DNA of 35,244 bases from Bacteroidales bacterium UBA6267 (GTDB lineage: Bacteria; Bacteroidota; Bacteroidia; Bacteroidales; UBA1556): assembly GCA_002440745.1 (NCBI GenBank), contig DJVB01000018.1, positions 1 to 35,244 of the forward strand, in the 5' to 3' direction. A program made the translations under genes and the position numbers. Under the pieces are notes generated by a model. The model did no database searches. It worked only from the letters and a program-made list of their open reading frames with translations, and had not been told where the DNA came from. This document shows, one piece after another, positions 1 through 8,946 of the stretch (its first letter is position 1; each line of letters starts with the position of its first letter).

Positions 1-3000
1 AAACCGGAAATGGTGTAGAAGTTGGACAGACTCCTGAAAACGGAAAAGATACCGCAGCAAGCATCGCTCAGGCCGGACAAAGTCAAAACACTGATTCTCA
101 ATCCGTCAATAAAGTCATTACAGAGATTACTGCAAAAGAAGAGACCATAAAAGGAATAATTGTAAATAATCAAATCAAAACCAATACATTAGCGAAAATA
201 ATTAACGAGGAAAGAAAAATTGGTTATGATTTGACAACCCAAATTGCGGAGCTTAATCAAGATTTTCAAAGCACATCTGACGTTGAAAATAGAAGTCAAA
301 TTCAGAGTGAAATTGCTCTGAAAAGTAAAACTCTATTTGAGTCCCAACAAAAACTCTTATCAGCCATTGAAATCTATGAAAACTATAACGAAAAAGAAGA
401 GAATGCTTTTGAACACTTAACCGAAATTGACAATGCTATAGAAAGTTTCCGTTCGGAATCTAATCAGGAAGATTCACAGTTGAACATGGATAAAGCTGTC
501 AGGTTGAATCAAGGATTAGAACAAATTGAAAAAGATTTAACAGAAAGCTTGAGAATTGAGAATCAGATTGTAAATTCCTCAATAGATGATGTTTATCGCT
601 TAGAATCCGATAACACAATTAATAACCTCGAATTAAATCGAATAGAAAAGGAAATTGAATTGTCGGCAGGTGAAAGACAATTGGCATTAATCGCAAAAAA
701 GGATAGTTTGTTAGAAATAATAGAGTATAACTCTTCCAAAATCACGAAAATCAATAACAGTAATTCGCAAGCAAATGCATTAAATTATATTGCTTCACGG
801 TTGGACGATTCTGATAATGGTAATTTGCAAAATGTTGAAAAGGCTGAATTAGCAAGCTTAGAAACCATAAAAAATGAGATTAAGTTGCAATCCGAGCAGG
901 TAAATCGAGTACTCGATGCTGTTAACGAATCGGAGCAAACAGTCGCATCATCAACTAAGAATTCCAATCAACAACTCAAAATAAAAGATTACGGCAGTGA
1001 AGAACAGAATCAAGTTGCTCAAAAACAACTTCAACCTCTTGTTCAAACAGCAGAACGTAATCAAATAATTCATAAAGAATTATTAAGTAAAACATCAATT
1101 ACCACAAAACTATTAAACAATGAAATTCAGAATCTCACCGAATTAAAAGAAGAAATAGCTCAGCTTGATTCAGAAATAAAAACAAATACATCTGATTCTA
1201 AAGTTACGGAATTGAATGATAAGAAAACAGAGTTAGTAGAGCAATACAATGAATCTCTTGCAAAAGCAAATGCCATAATGCTTTTAAATCAGAATCTAAT
1301 TCAATCAGATAAAATTATTCTATCTGATATTGAAGAAATTAATAATGTTTTTGAACAAGTAGATGAGGCAATATCAGCATCCGATTATAAAAGCGCTAAG
1401 GCTCTTTCCTCAAATCTAAAACTTAACTATTCCGACACCTCTGCGAATATAGAGAACCAAATTAGAAGCTTAACTTCTCAGATTAATCAAGAAATTACCA
1501 TTTTGAAAACGGATAACAAAAAGCGGATTTCGACCATCACAAAAGCAGAAGAAAAGATTGAATCTCTTGAAAATCAACGCCGTAATCTGGAAGCTGAAGC
1601 CTATCTAACAGAAAGCGATAGTAAAAAAGCGAAAAACCTTTCCAAAGCAAACGAGTTGGAGGAAGAGTTGAAAATCGAAAAACAGAGTTTTAATCAATTA
1701 AAAATCGAAGCTCAGCCAATTGAAAATCAAATCGTTCAAAAGGAACTGATTGTAAAATCATTAAGCGAAATTCAATCTATCATCAATAATTTACCGGCAA
1801 TTGCCCAAGCAGAAAATCAGGAAACCGTTATAAGTGCAGAATCTGAGTCCCTATCTCAAAAAGTTGCCGAAATCTCCAAACCGACAGTATCACAACCGGA
1901 AAGCTCATTGGAGGAAAAGGAATCTTCAGAAATCAAGTATTTCAACGAGTTAGATCAAATTGTTATTAAGAAATTTTACCTTGAAAATGAACTTTCATTA
2001 CTTAACAGTCATGTTAACTCTTTACGAATCAGAAGATCACGTGTGAATGACATTAGCTTAAAAGGCCAAATCTCGGATGATATTGAGGATGCCGAAGCTG
2101 AAGTTGAAGATATTGAAGAAGAAATTGCCCAACTTACTGAGAGAGAGGAATATCTTCGTACTTTAGGCTATACTTTAGTTTATGGAAATTATGCAAGTTC
2201 AGATACTTCAGTCGTATCTGCAATGTTAGAGCAGTCTCAAATAATGCGAGCAACAGCAGATTCTTTAGAACTCCAATCAAGCCTTCAAAAAGGCAAGCTT
2301 AAAAAGAGTTTAAAGCTGCAATCTAAAGCTTTGAATCAGAACGCTATGCAGCTTCTTTTAACCTCAACTGACATTCGAGCAAGCCAGAATAAAACTAAAT
2401 ATTTAGCCAATTTGGTGGAAGCTAATTCAAAACTAAATCAAATCGAAAATGATGTCATGCAAAATCAAGGTTTAGTATTGTTGGAATCCGGCATTGACAA
2501 TTTTGAGCTTGCAGCAGAAAATAGAGAAGCACTGAAAAATCCAAAATTGACGGAAGAAGAACGAAGTCAGATTCGTAAGGAAGCGGAAAATTTGGAGCAG
2601 TTGGCCTTGAATCAACAATCCCAAGCCATAAATCTTATAAATTCAACTCTGGCAAATAGTGGGAGAGGTGCTGAAGAAATTCCGACTGATAGTCCTATTA
2701 TTGCAAATACGAATAGTGAAACTACAGAAAATGAACAAGTTGCTGAGAATCCAAACACTTCTCAAAATAATATTTCGAATAATACGCAGCAAACACAAGT
2801 TCAGGAAGCAACCCCTGATATTGAACAAACCGGGGTTGAACGCCCATCAAATTTATCTATTGAAACAATTAATAAAATGTCGCGAAAAGAGCTTCTGACT
2901 TTAGATGAATCTTTACTCTCTCCGGAAGTTCAACGTGAAGTTCAAATAAAAAAATCGGAATCCATAGGTGTTTATATTGCTCAAAATCAAGAGTCTATTA

Positions 3001-4175
3001 ACGAAAGTTTTTATAATGAGTCAAAACCTATTGTAATCCAACAAGACCTTCCTGAAGGGTTAATCTATAAAATTCAAATTGCAGCATTCCGCAATACGGT
3101 AAATCCAAATTTGATTGTCGGAATTACACCGATTTCGATAGAACAACGCCCAAATTCAGCATGGTATCGTTATATGGCCGGTGTTTTCACCGCTTATGAT
3201 GATGCAGTTGGCGCAAGAAACCAAATTAGGCAAATGGGCTATACAGACGCTTTCATCGTACCATATTTCAATGGGCAAAGAATTACGGTTGCGCAAGCAC
3301 GTCAACTTATTCAGAGCGGACAAGCATTTACGGATAAGAAAATTGCAGAAGTGGCAATTGCAGCAAACAAAACAACTTATACTGCCGCTGCGCCAAGTCA
3401 ACCCACTGTTGCAGGCACGACTCCAGCAACTACTTCGGTTTCGCCTGATGCCATTCCTGAAGGGGATTTCAGCACTCCAGAATTGTTCTATTCAGTGCAA
3501 ATTGGAGTTTTCGGAGGTTCCAGAACTAAAGATAGGCTTCTCAATCTTAACGACTTAATGTATGACAGAATGCCAAATGGTTATTATCGCTATTTTAATG
3601 GCAAATACACCGATGTAAATTCGGCTTTAACAATGCAAAGAGAGATTCGTAATAGAGGCATTCGTGATGCGTTTATTGTGGCTTTTTATAATGGACAAAA
3701 AATTAGTGTTAATAGAGCGCGAGAAATTTCGCCAACTAACACACAACCACAACCTGAAACAAATCAAGTAAACCAACCTACTGAACCCGTGACGAATCAG
3801 GTAAACCAACCTACTGAACCTGTGCAAGCACCAATAAATCAGGCAGAAGACGTTAATGAAAATATTGATAATCAGGTACCTCAACAAGACACAACGACTT
3901 ATATCATTGTCTATAAAGTTCAAATCGGAGCTTTCAGAAATAATATTCCAGTTTCAACTGTGAATTCTATGATTCAATTGCCTTTCGATATAGAAAAACA
4001 AACTCGAGAAGACGGATTAAATATCTATCTGATTGGAAGTTTTGATAATTATGAAGCTGCGGTAAATATGCGTTCGCAAGTTGCAAATCTTGGTATTCCA
4101 GAGGCTTTTGTTGTGGTCTATGTAAATGGAATTCAACGGTCTATTGAAGATGCTAAAGAATTGCAACGGAGATAA
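1..4175 (+). CDS. Giant coiled-coil protein with three C-terminal SPOR (peptidoglycan-binding) domains; 5' end lies outside the window
   Basis: The reading frame is open from nt 3 with no stop before 4175, so the listed TTG at 231 is not the true start. About 900 aa of E/K/Q/N/L-rich heptad-like sequence is followed by three ~80-aa modules starting YKIQIAAFRN, YSVQIGVFGG and YKVQIGAFRN. Each ends ...DAFIV.(F/Y)YNG.., a typical SPOR pattern. Confidence 0.7.
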   Translation, partial: TGNGVEVGQTPENGKDTAASIAQAGQSQNTDSQSVNKVITEITAKEETIKGIIVNNQIKTNTLAKIINEERKIGYDLTTQIAELNQDFQSTSDVENRSQIQSEIALKSKTLFESQQKLLSAIEIYENYNEKEENAFEHLTEIDNAIESFRSESNQEDSQLNMDKAVRLNQGLEQIEKDLTESLRIENQIVNSSIDDVYRLESDNTINNLELNRIEKEIELSAGERQLALIAKKDSLLEIIEYNSSKITKINNSNSQANALNYIASRLDDSDNGNLQNVEKAELASLETIKNEIKLQSEQVNRVLDAVNESEQTVASSTKNSNQQLKIKDYGSEEQNQVAQKQLQPLVQTAERNQIIHKELLSKTSITTKLLNNEIQNLTELKEEIAQLDSEIKTNTSDSKVTELNDKKTELVEQYNESLAKANAIMLLNQNLIQSDKIILSDIEEINNVFEQVDEAISASDYKSAKALSSNLKLNYSDTSANIENQIRSLTSQINQEITILKTDNKKRISTITKAEEKIESLENQRRNLEAEAYLTESDSKKAKNLSKANELEEELKIEKQSFNQLKIEAQPIENQIVQKELIVKSLSEIQSIINNLPAIAQAENQETVISAESESLSQKVAEISKPTVSQPESSLEEKESSEIKYFNELDQIVIKKFYLENELSLLNSHVNSLRIRRSRVNDISLKGQISDDIEDAEAEVEDIEEEIAQLTEREEYLRTLGYTLVYGNYASSDTSVVSAMLEQSQIMRATADSLELQSSLQKGKLKKSLKLQSKALNQNAMQLLLTSTDIRASQNKTKYLANLVEANSKLNQIENDVMQNQGLVLLESGIDNFELAAENREALKNPKLTEEERSQIRKEAENLEQLALNQQSQAINLINSTLANSGRGAEEIPTDSPIIANTNSETTENEQVAENPNTSQNNISNNTQQTQVQEATPDIEQTGVERPSNLSIETINKMSRKELLTLDESLLSPEVQREVQIKKSESIGVYIAQNQESINESFYNESKPIVIQQDLPEGLIYKIQIAAFRNTVNPNLIVGITPISIEQRPNSAWYRYMAGVFTAYDDAVGARNQIRQMGYTDAFIVPYFNGQRITVAQARQLIQSGQAFTDKKIAEVAIAANKTTYTAAAPSQPTVAGTTPATTSVSPDAIPEGDFSTPELFYSVQIGVFGGSRTKDRLLNLNDLMYDRMPNGYYRYFNGKYTDVNSALTMQREIRNRGIRDAFIVAFYNGQKISVNRAREISPTNTQPQPETNQVNQPTEPVTNQVNQPTEPVQAPINQAEDVNENIDNQVPQQDTTTYIIVYKVQIGAFRNNIPVSTVNSMIQLPFDIEKQTREDGLNIYLIGSFDNYEAAVNMRSQVANLGIPEAFVVVYVNGIQRSIEDAKELQRR
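3040..4172 (+). other. Three tandem SPOR domains (about 3060-3330, 3486-3720, 3903-4172) separated by Pro/Thr/Gln-rich linkers
   Basis: The motif (Y)(K/S)(I/V)QIGAF... A(F/Y) ... G(I/Y).DAF(I/V)V occurs three times in the C-terminal third of ORF1. Confidence 0.65.
3762..3827 (+). repeat. 2 x 33-bp in-frame tandem repeat encoding NQVNQPTEPV(T/Q) in the linker between SPOR domains 2 and 3
   Basis: aatcaagtaaaccaacctactgaacccgtgacg is followed by aatcaggtaaaccaacctactgaacctgtgcaa. Confidence 0.8.
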
Positions 4176-4296
4176 AAACACTGCTTAATCATGTTTATTA
4201 TCAGAATTTTTGAAGCATCTATTTGACTAATTTTACCCCTTAATTTCCCTTTTAAACGATTTATTTTTTGGATATTTAAACGGTAATAATATTCAA

Positions 4297-4902
4297 ATGG
4301 AATTAAACAAGAATTTTATGAAGAAGATTTTAATTGTAAATGGTCATGAACACTGGCCAAATTCGCCGGGTACATTAAATTCAACCTTGACTCAATCTGC
4401 CTTTGATTTTTTTAAAGAGCTTGATTATGAGGTAAAAACAACTGTTGTTAATGATGGTTTTAATGTGGATGATGAGGTAGAAAAATATCTTTGGGCAAAT
4501 ATAATCATCTATTTCTCACCGGTTTACTGGTTCGACATTCCTGCAGGATTTAAAAGTTACATCGAAAAAGTGTTCTCTGGAGGTAAAGGAAAGCTTTTTA
4601 TTGATGACGGACGCTCCAATGGAGGAAAATATGGTACAGGAGGTTTGCTTGATACTAAAAAATATATGTTTATTACAACTTGGAACGCTCCGGAAGAAGC
4701 TTTCAATAATGCAACCTCTTCTTTTATTTTCGACAACAAAAGTGTAGATGATGTTTTTCTTGGTTTTCATTCTGCTCAAAAGTTTCTTGGTTTGAAAAAA
4801 ATGCCCGGAATTCATTTCTTTGATGTGAAACGGAACCCGGAAATTGACCGGTTTAAACGCGATCTTGTTCATCATCTAAACTTCAATCTTAACTTTAAAT
4901 AA
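4297..4902 (+). CDS. mdaB: NAD(P)H:quinone oxidoreductase, MdaB-like (flavodoxin-like fold)
   Basis: ILIVNGHEHWPNSPGTLNSTLT... YLWANIIIYFSPVYWFDIPAGFKSYIEKVF..GKGKLFIDDGRS....KYGTGGLL..KKYMFITTWNAPEEAF aligns along its whole length with E. coli MdaB. The ATG at 4318 (MKKILIVNG) is an alternative start. Confidence 0.75.
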   Translation: MELNKNFMKKILIVNGHEHWPNSPGTLNSTLTQSAFDFFKELDYEVKTTVVNDGFNVDDEVEKYLWANIIIYFSPVYWFDIPAGFKSYIEKVFSGGKGKLFIDDGRSNGGKYGTGGLLDTKKYMFITTWNAPEEAFNNATSSFIFDNKSVDDVFLGFHSAQKFLGLKKMPGIHFFDVKRNPEIDRFKRDLVHHLNFNLNFK

Positions 4903-4970
4903 TATACTTATCATACATTTTATCAATTAGTTAATTACAGTTCATTTCTAATTTTTCAACCTGACCAAAT

Positions 4971-6689
4971 ATGAATAATCCGGCAGTTAAACGATTACCC
5001 GAGCATTTAAAGAAATATATTGTTGACCAACGTTATATGGATTACACTTCCATTGATCATGCTGTTTGGAGATATATCATGCGCCAAAGCTATCATTTTC
5101 TTAATAAGCACGCTCATGCAGCATATTTTGAAGGGTTGAAAAAAACGGGAATTAGCATCGAAAAAATTCCAAATATTGATGAAATGAATGAGATATTAGC
5201 CAAAATTGGTTGGGGAGCGGTTTGTGTAGATGGTTTTATCCCACCCAATGCATTTATGGAATTTCAGGCTTATAATGTACTTGTAATAGCTGCTGATATT
5301 AGATTTATTGAGCATATTGAATATACACCTGCACCCGACATTGTGCATGAAGCAGCCGGCCATGCTCCCATAATTGCCAATCCTGAATATGCAGAATATC
5401 TTCGGCTTTTTGGTGAAATTGGCTCCAAAGCGTTAAGCTCAAAGAAAGATATCATGCTCTATGAAGCCATACGAAAATTGAGCATTCTTAAAGAAAATCC
5501 AAATTCAACCGAAGAGGAAATTCATGACGCTGAGTTTGAGGTTTTAAATACGCAAAACAATATGGGAGAATTGTCAGAAATGGCAAAAATCAGAAATCTT
5601 CATTGGTGGACTGTGGAATATGGCCTGATTGGCAGTTTGGAAAACCCGAAGATTTATGGTGCCGGTTTATTGAGCTCTTTGAGTGAATCTCAAGCTTGCT
5701 TGAATCCTGAAGTAGCAAAAATTCTTTATTCTATTGAAGCGGCAAATTATTCCTTCGACATAACAACTCAACAACCACAACTTTTTGTAACCCCTGATTT
5801 TGCGCATTTAACTACCGTTCTCAACCAATTTGCCGACTCAATGGCTTTGCGTAAGGGTGGGGCTGAAGGTGTGCTGAAAGCTATTGAATCTGAAGCGGTT
5901 GCCACAATCGAGCTTGACTCAGGTTTGCAGATTTCTGGAGTTTTTACCGATCTTATTGTCGATGAGGAAGGAAATGTGGCGTGGTTTAAAACTTCAAGTC
6001 CAACTATCTTGTGTGAACAAAATAAACTCTTATCAGGGCATGGCACTGAATATCATTCTCATGGTTATTCCTCCCCAATTGGAACTCCGCTCGGTTTTGA
6101 AAAACCATTGCAGATGTTCCGATTTAATGAATTAAAAAACTTAGGAATTGATTTTGGAAAACAAGTGAATTGGGAGTTTAAAACCGGAATTCAACTTACC
6201 GGAAAGATTTATACGATTCGGAAAAACAAGAATGCTGACACTTTAATTATTTCATTTATAGACTGTAAGGTGAGTTACAAAGACAGAATTCTCTTCCAAC
6301 CTGATTGGGGAATATTCGATATGGCCGTTGGTGAAAAAATTGTTTCTGTTTTCGCCGGATCGGCTGATAAAGCCGAGTTCGACCCAAACTCGTATATTAG
6401 TGCCACGACTACTCAGCGCATTTCAAATCAATCGAAACGACTTTTAGAATTATATAGTATTATTCGTAACATGCGCGAATCCAATCAATTATCTACAGAA
6501 ACTCTGATGACAATCTTTTTTGAGTTAAAAAACCATTTCCCTAACGATTGGTTATTATCTTTGGAAATTCTTGAATTATTGAATCCATCGTCTTCTGAAT
6601 ATAAAACTATTGAAGACTATTTAATTTCAATGCAAGAAAACAATAATTATAGAAATCTGATTATTAATGGTTTAAATCTTTTGAAATGA
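4971..6689 (+). CDS. Aromatic amino acid hydroxylase (phenylalanine-4-hydroxylase-like) catalytic domain with a C-terminal extension of about 270 aa of unknown function
   Basis: The N-terminal ~300 aa carry the PAH iron-binding motifs: PDIVHEAAGHAPIIANPEYAEY (H-x4-H), WWTVEYGL, YGAGLLSSLSESQACL and the downstream Glu region. These match the biopterin-dependent hydroxylase family. Residues ~300-572 have no motif I recognise. There is no N-terminal ACT domain. Confidence 0.75.
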   Translation: MNNPAVKRLPEHLKKYIVDQRYMDYTSIDHAVWRYIMRQSYHFLNKHAHAAYFEGLKKTGISIEKIPNIDEMNEILAKIGWGAVCVDGFIPPNAFMEFQAYNVLVIAADIRFIEHIEYTPAPDIVHEAAGHAPIIANPEYAEYLRLFGEIGSKALSSKKDIMLYEAIRKLSILKENPNSTEEEIHDAEFEVLNTQNNMGELSEMAKIRNLHWWTVEYGLIGSLENPKIYGAGLLSSLSESQACLNPEVAKILYSIEAANYSFDITTQQPQLFVTPDFAHLTTVLNQFADSMALRKGGAEGVLKAIESEAVATIELDSGLQISGVFTDLIVDEEGNVAWFKTSSPTILCEQNKLLSGHGTEYHSHGYSSPIGTPLGFEKPLQMFRFNELKNLGIDFGKQVNWEFKTGIQLTGKIYTIRKNKNADTLIISFIDCKVSYKDRILFQPDWGIFDMAVGEKIVSVFAGSADKAEFDPNSYISATTTQRISNQSKRLLELYSIIRNMRESNQLSTETLMTIFFELKNHFPNDWLLSLEILELLNPSSSEYKTIEDYLISMQENNNYRNLIINGLNLLK

Positions 6690-7396
6690 ATTGTATAGTT
6701 ACAGGTGCGAGTTCTGGAATTGGTTTTTTTACAGCTCTTGAATTGGCCAATACTTCTCCGGATAATCTTGTTTTCGCTCTTGGCCGTAGCCGGGAAGGTT
6801 TGATTGAACTCGAAAATCAATCTAAATATAAAAATGTTAAGACCTTTTCTTTTGATTTAGGACAATCAGACTTTTCGCCCATTATTACTCAAATATCGGA
6901 ATTCTTCAAGATTAATTCTAATGGAGCCATTGATGTTTTGATAAATAATGCAGGTTATTTAGTCAATAAAAGTTTTACCGAATTAACTTCAGCTGACTGG
7001 CTAAAAACATTTGAAATCAATTTATTAGCTCCCGTCAAACTCATTCAAATTCTACTTCCATATTTCAACAAGGAGGAGGGAAGTCATATTGTCAACATCT
7101 CAAGCATGGGCGGGGTACAAGGTAGTCGTAAATTTTCCGGCCTTTCTGCTTATAGTGCATCCAAAGCAGCTATTGCAAACCTCACAGAATCCCTCGCTAC
7201 TGAGTTTAAAAATTCCAAGATTCATGTCAATGCTATTTGTCCGGGGGCCGTTGAAACCAAAATGCTTAAATCTGCTTTCCCAGGTTTTAACGCGCCAATT
7301 GGACCGGATTTAATGGGTAAATACATTGCAAATTTTGCTTTAACTAACGGAAAACTAATGAATGGCCGAATTATTCAAGTGAGTTTGGAAGGCTAA
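6686..7396 (+). CDS. Short-chain dehydrogenase/reductase (SDR); candidate pteridine/sepiapterin-type reductase coupled to the hydroxylase
   Basis: It has the TGASSGIG Rossmann motif, NNAG, and a YSASK catalytic Tyr-x3-Lys. Its start overlaps the upstream stop as ATGA (6686-6689). The pterin-reductase role is inferred from context only. Confidence 0.8.
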   Translation: MNCIVTGASSGIGFFTALELANTSPDNLVFALGRSREGLIELENQSKYKNVKTFSFDLGQSDFSPIITQISEFFKINSNGAIDVLINNAGYLVNKSFTELTSADWLKTFEINLLAPVKLIQILLPYFNKEEGSHIVNISSMGGVQGSRKFSGLSAYSASKAAIANLTESLATEFKNSKIHVNAICPGAVETKMLKSAFPGFNAPIGPDLMGKYIANFALTNGKLMNGRIIQVSLEG

Positions 7397-7398
7397 AA

Positions 7399-8328
7399 CT
7401 ATCTCCATTTTATCATCCGAATATTATTTCCTGTTTCAAATTCAGGTGGCAAATTTTCTAAAATTATCCTTTTAATTGTCGCTTTAATCCCGGTTTTATG
7501 AAAATTCCGATGCGAAACCAAGGAAACTTCTCTCGCCGGAATTGGAGCACTAAAAGCTCGTAATAATTTTGGATTAGTGCCAATCTCTTTGGATAATGCC
7601 GGAATTAAACTAAAACCCATCCCTTTTTCAATAAGACGTTTTATAGTTTCGATGCTACCACTTTGGTACGAAATATTTTTTGCAGAGTATTTGTCTTTTA
7701 CCTGACAAATTCTTAGGGTCTGATTTCTAAAACAATGACCTTCCTCCAATACTAATAATTCATTTAAATCCAAATCGTTAATATCAATAAATTTATTGTT
7801 CAGTTGAGAATGTCCATCCGGAAAATATCCGTAAAATGGTTCATAAAAAATTATATTCTCATCCAACGACTTCTCTTCTAATGGTGTGGCAAGAATAGCA
7901 ATATCCAACGATCTCACTTTTAAGCGCTCAATAATATCTTCACTCTGCAACTCATATATTATCAAATTGGTTTTAGGGTGTTTTGCAGCAATTTCAGGTA
8001 AAAGAAGAGGTAATATATAAGGTGCTAAAGTTGGAATAATGCCAAGACGATACTCTCCTTCAACTGCAAAAATATCATGATTTACAATGGCTTTTAATTC
8101 GCTTACTTCCTCCAAAATCACTGTTGCCTTATCAATAAACACTGTTCCAAACGGGGTTTGCTGTAATGGCTTCTTAGTTCGATCAAAAATCAAAAAACCA
8201 ATTTCTTCTTCAAGCTTTTTTAATTGCATGCTTAAAGTTGGTTGAGTGACAAAACAAATTTCTGCTGCCTTTTCGAAATTTTTATGCTTCGACAACGCAA
8301 TAACGTATTCTAATTGTTGTAAGGTCAT
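7399..8328 (-). CDS. oxyR: LysR-family peroxide-sensing regulator OxyR
   Basis: MTLQQLEYVIALSKHKNFEKAAEICFVTQPTLSMQLKKLEEE is a LysR HTH. The GHCFRNQTLRIC motif has two Cys spaced like E. coli OxyR C199/C208. The gene is divergent from dps. The ORF-track start at 8385 is an N-terminal over-extension; the conserved MTLQQLEY start is the ATG at 8328. Confidence 0.8.
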   Translation of the reverse strand: MTLQQLEYVIALSKHKNFEKAAEICFVTQPTLSMQLKKLEEEIGFLIFDRTKKPLQQTPFGTVFIDKATVILEEVSELKAIVNHDIFAVEGEYRLGIIPTLAPYILPLLLPEIAAKHPKTNLIIYELQSEDIIERLKVRSLDIAILATPLEEKSLDENIIFYEPFYGYFPDGHSQLNNKFIDINDLDLNELLVLEEGHCFRNQTLRICQVKDKYSAKNISYQSGSIETIKRLIEKGMGFSLIPALSKEIGTNPKLLRAFSAPIPAREVSLVSHRNFHKTGIKATIKRIILENLPPEFETGNNIRMIKWR

Positions 8329-8364
8329 ATAAATAAAATTTATAATAATATAACGATTATTGAT

Positions 8365-8395
8365 TTGACAAATATAATAAGTCAATGTACTTTTG
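8365..8395 (+). promoter_or_regulatory. Bacteroidota sigmaA-type promoter for dps: -33 TTTG (8365-8368) and -7 TACTTTTG (8388-8395) inside the oxyR-dps divergent intergenic region
   Basis: It matches the TTTG / TAnnTTTG consensus with 19-nt spacing, about 40 nt upstream of the dps ATG. An OxyR operator probably lies within 8329-8436. Confidence 0.5.
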
Positions 8396-8436
8396 CAACG
8401 TCAAATTTAATTATTAACTATCAAACTTTAAATTTT

Positions 8437-8904
8437 ATGAATTCAATAGGATTAAATATCGAAAAATCAATAGAGTTATCAAACGGTTTAAACGGCTTAT
8501 TAGCTAATTACCAAGTGTTTTATTCAAATGTAAGAGGTTTTCACTGGAATATTCGTGGTGCGAAATTTTTTGAACTTCATGCCAAGTTCGAAGAGTTGTA
8601 CAACGATTTAAACCTTAAAGTGGACGAAATTGCAGAACGGATTCTCACTTTGAGCGGTAAACCTGAATATCGTTATTCGCAATATATCAAGTCGAGTGAC
8701 ATCAAAGAAGCATCGGAAACTGCCGATGGCGAAAGCAACATGAGAAATATTTTAAACAGTTTCCAGATTGTTATAAGTCAGCAGCGTAAACTTATGGAAT
8801 TAGCACAAGAGGCTGGTGATGAGGGAACTGCAAGTCTTATGAGTGATTATATTCGCGAACAAGAGAAACTCGTTTGGATGTATAACGCTTTTTTGAATAA
8901 GTAA
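8437..8904 (+). CDS. dps: Dps family DNA-protecting ferritin-like protein
   Basis: NGLLANYQVFYSNVRGFHWNIRGAKFFELHAKFEELY is a Dps/ferritin-like ferroxidase-site signature. The likely start is the ATG at 8437 (MNSIGLN), not the ORF-track start at 8365. Confidence 0.85.
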   Translation: MNSIGLNIEKSIELSNGLNGLLANYQVFYSNVRGFHWNIRGAKFFELHAKFEELYNDLNLKVDEIAERILTLSGKPEYRYSQYIKSSDIKEASETADGESNMRNILNSFQIVISQQRKLMELAQEAGDEGTASLMSDYIREQEKLVWMYNAFLNK

Positions 8905-8946
8905 TCAAGTATTAAATAAATTATCAACATTAAAACATTAAAAATC

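Noticed and set aside
785-3923. Antisense or alternate-frame ORFs inside ORF1 (785..967-, 2643..2828-, 2659..2898+, 3156..3401-, 3181..3558+, 3627..3923-).
   Set aside because: They are short and low-complexity, lack recognisable domains, and are fully embedded in a long ORF with clear SPOR-domain signal in its own frame.
4971-6689. Assigning substrate specificity (Phe versus Trp versus Tyr hydroxylase) to the PAH-like enzyme.
   Set aside because: The catalytic-core motifs are shared by all three. Specificity-determining residues cannot be reliably scored by eye without an alignment.
7399-8385. A 19-aa N-terminal extension of the LysR/OxyR ORF (MTYYICQINNRYIIINFIY...).
   Set aside because: The conserved LysR N-terminus MTLQQLEYV begins at the ATG at 8328. 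The extension would overlap the dps promoter elements, including TACTTTTG at 8388-8395.
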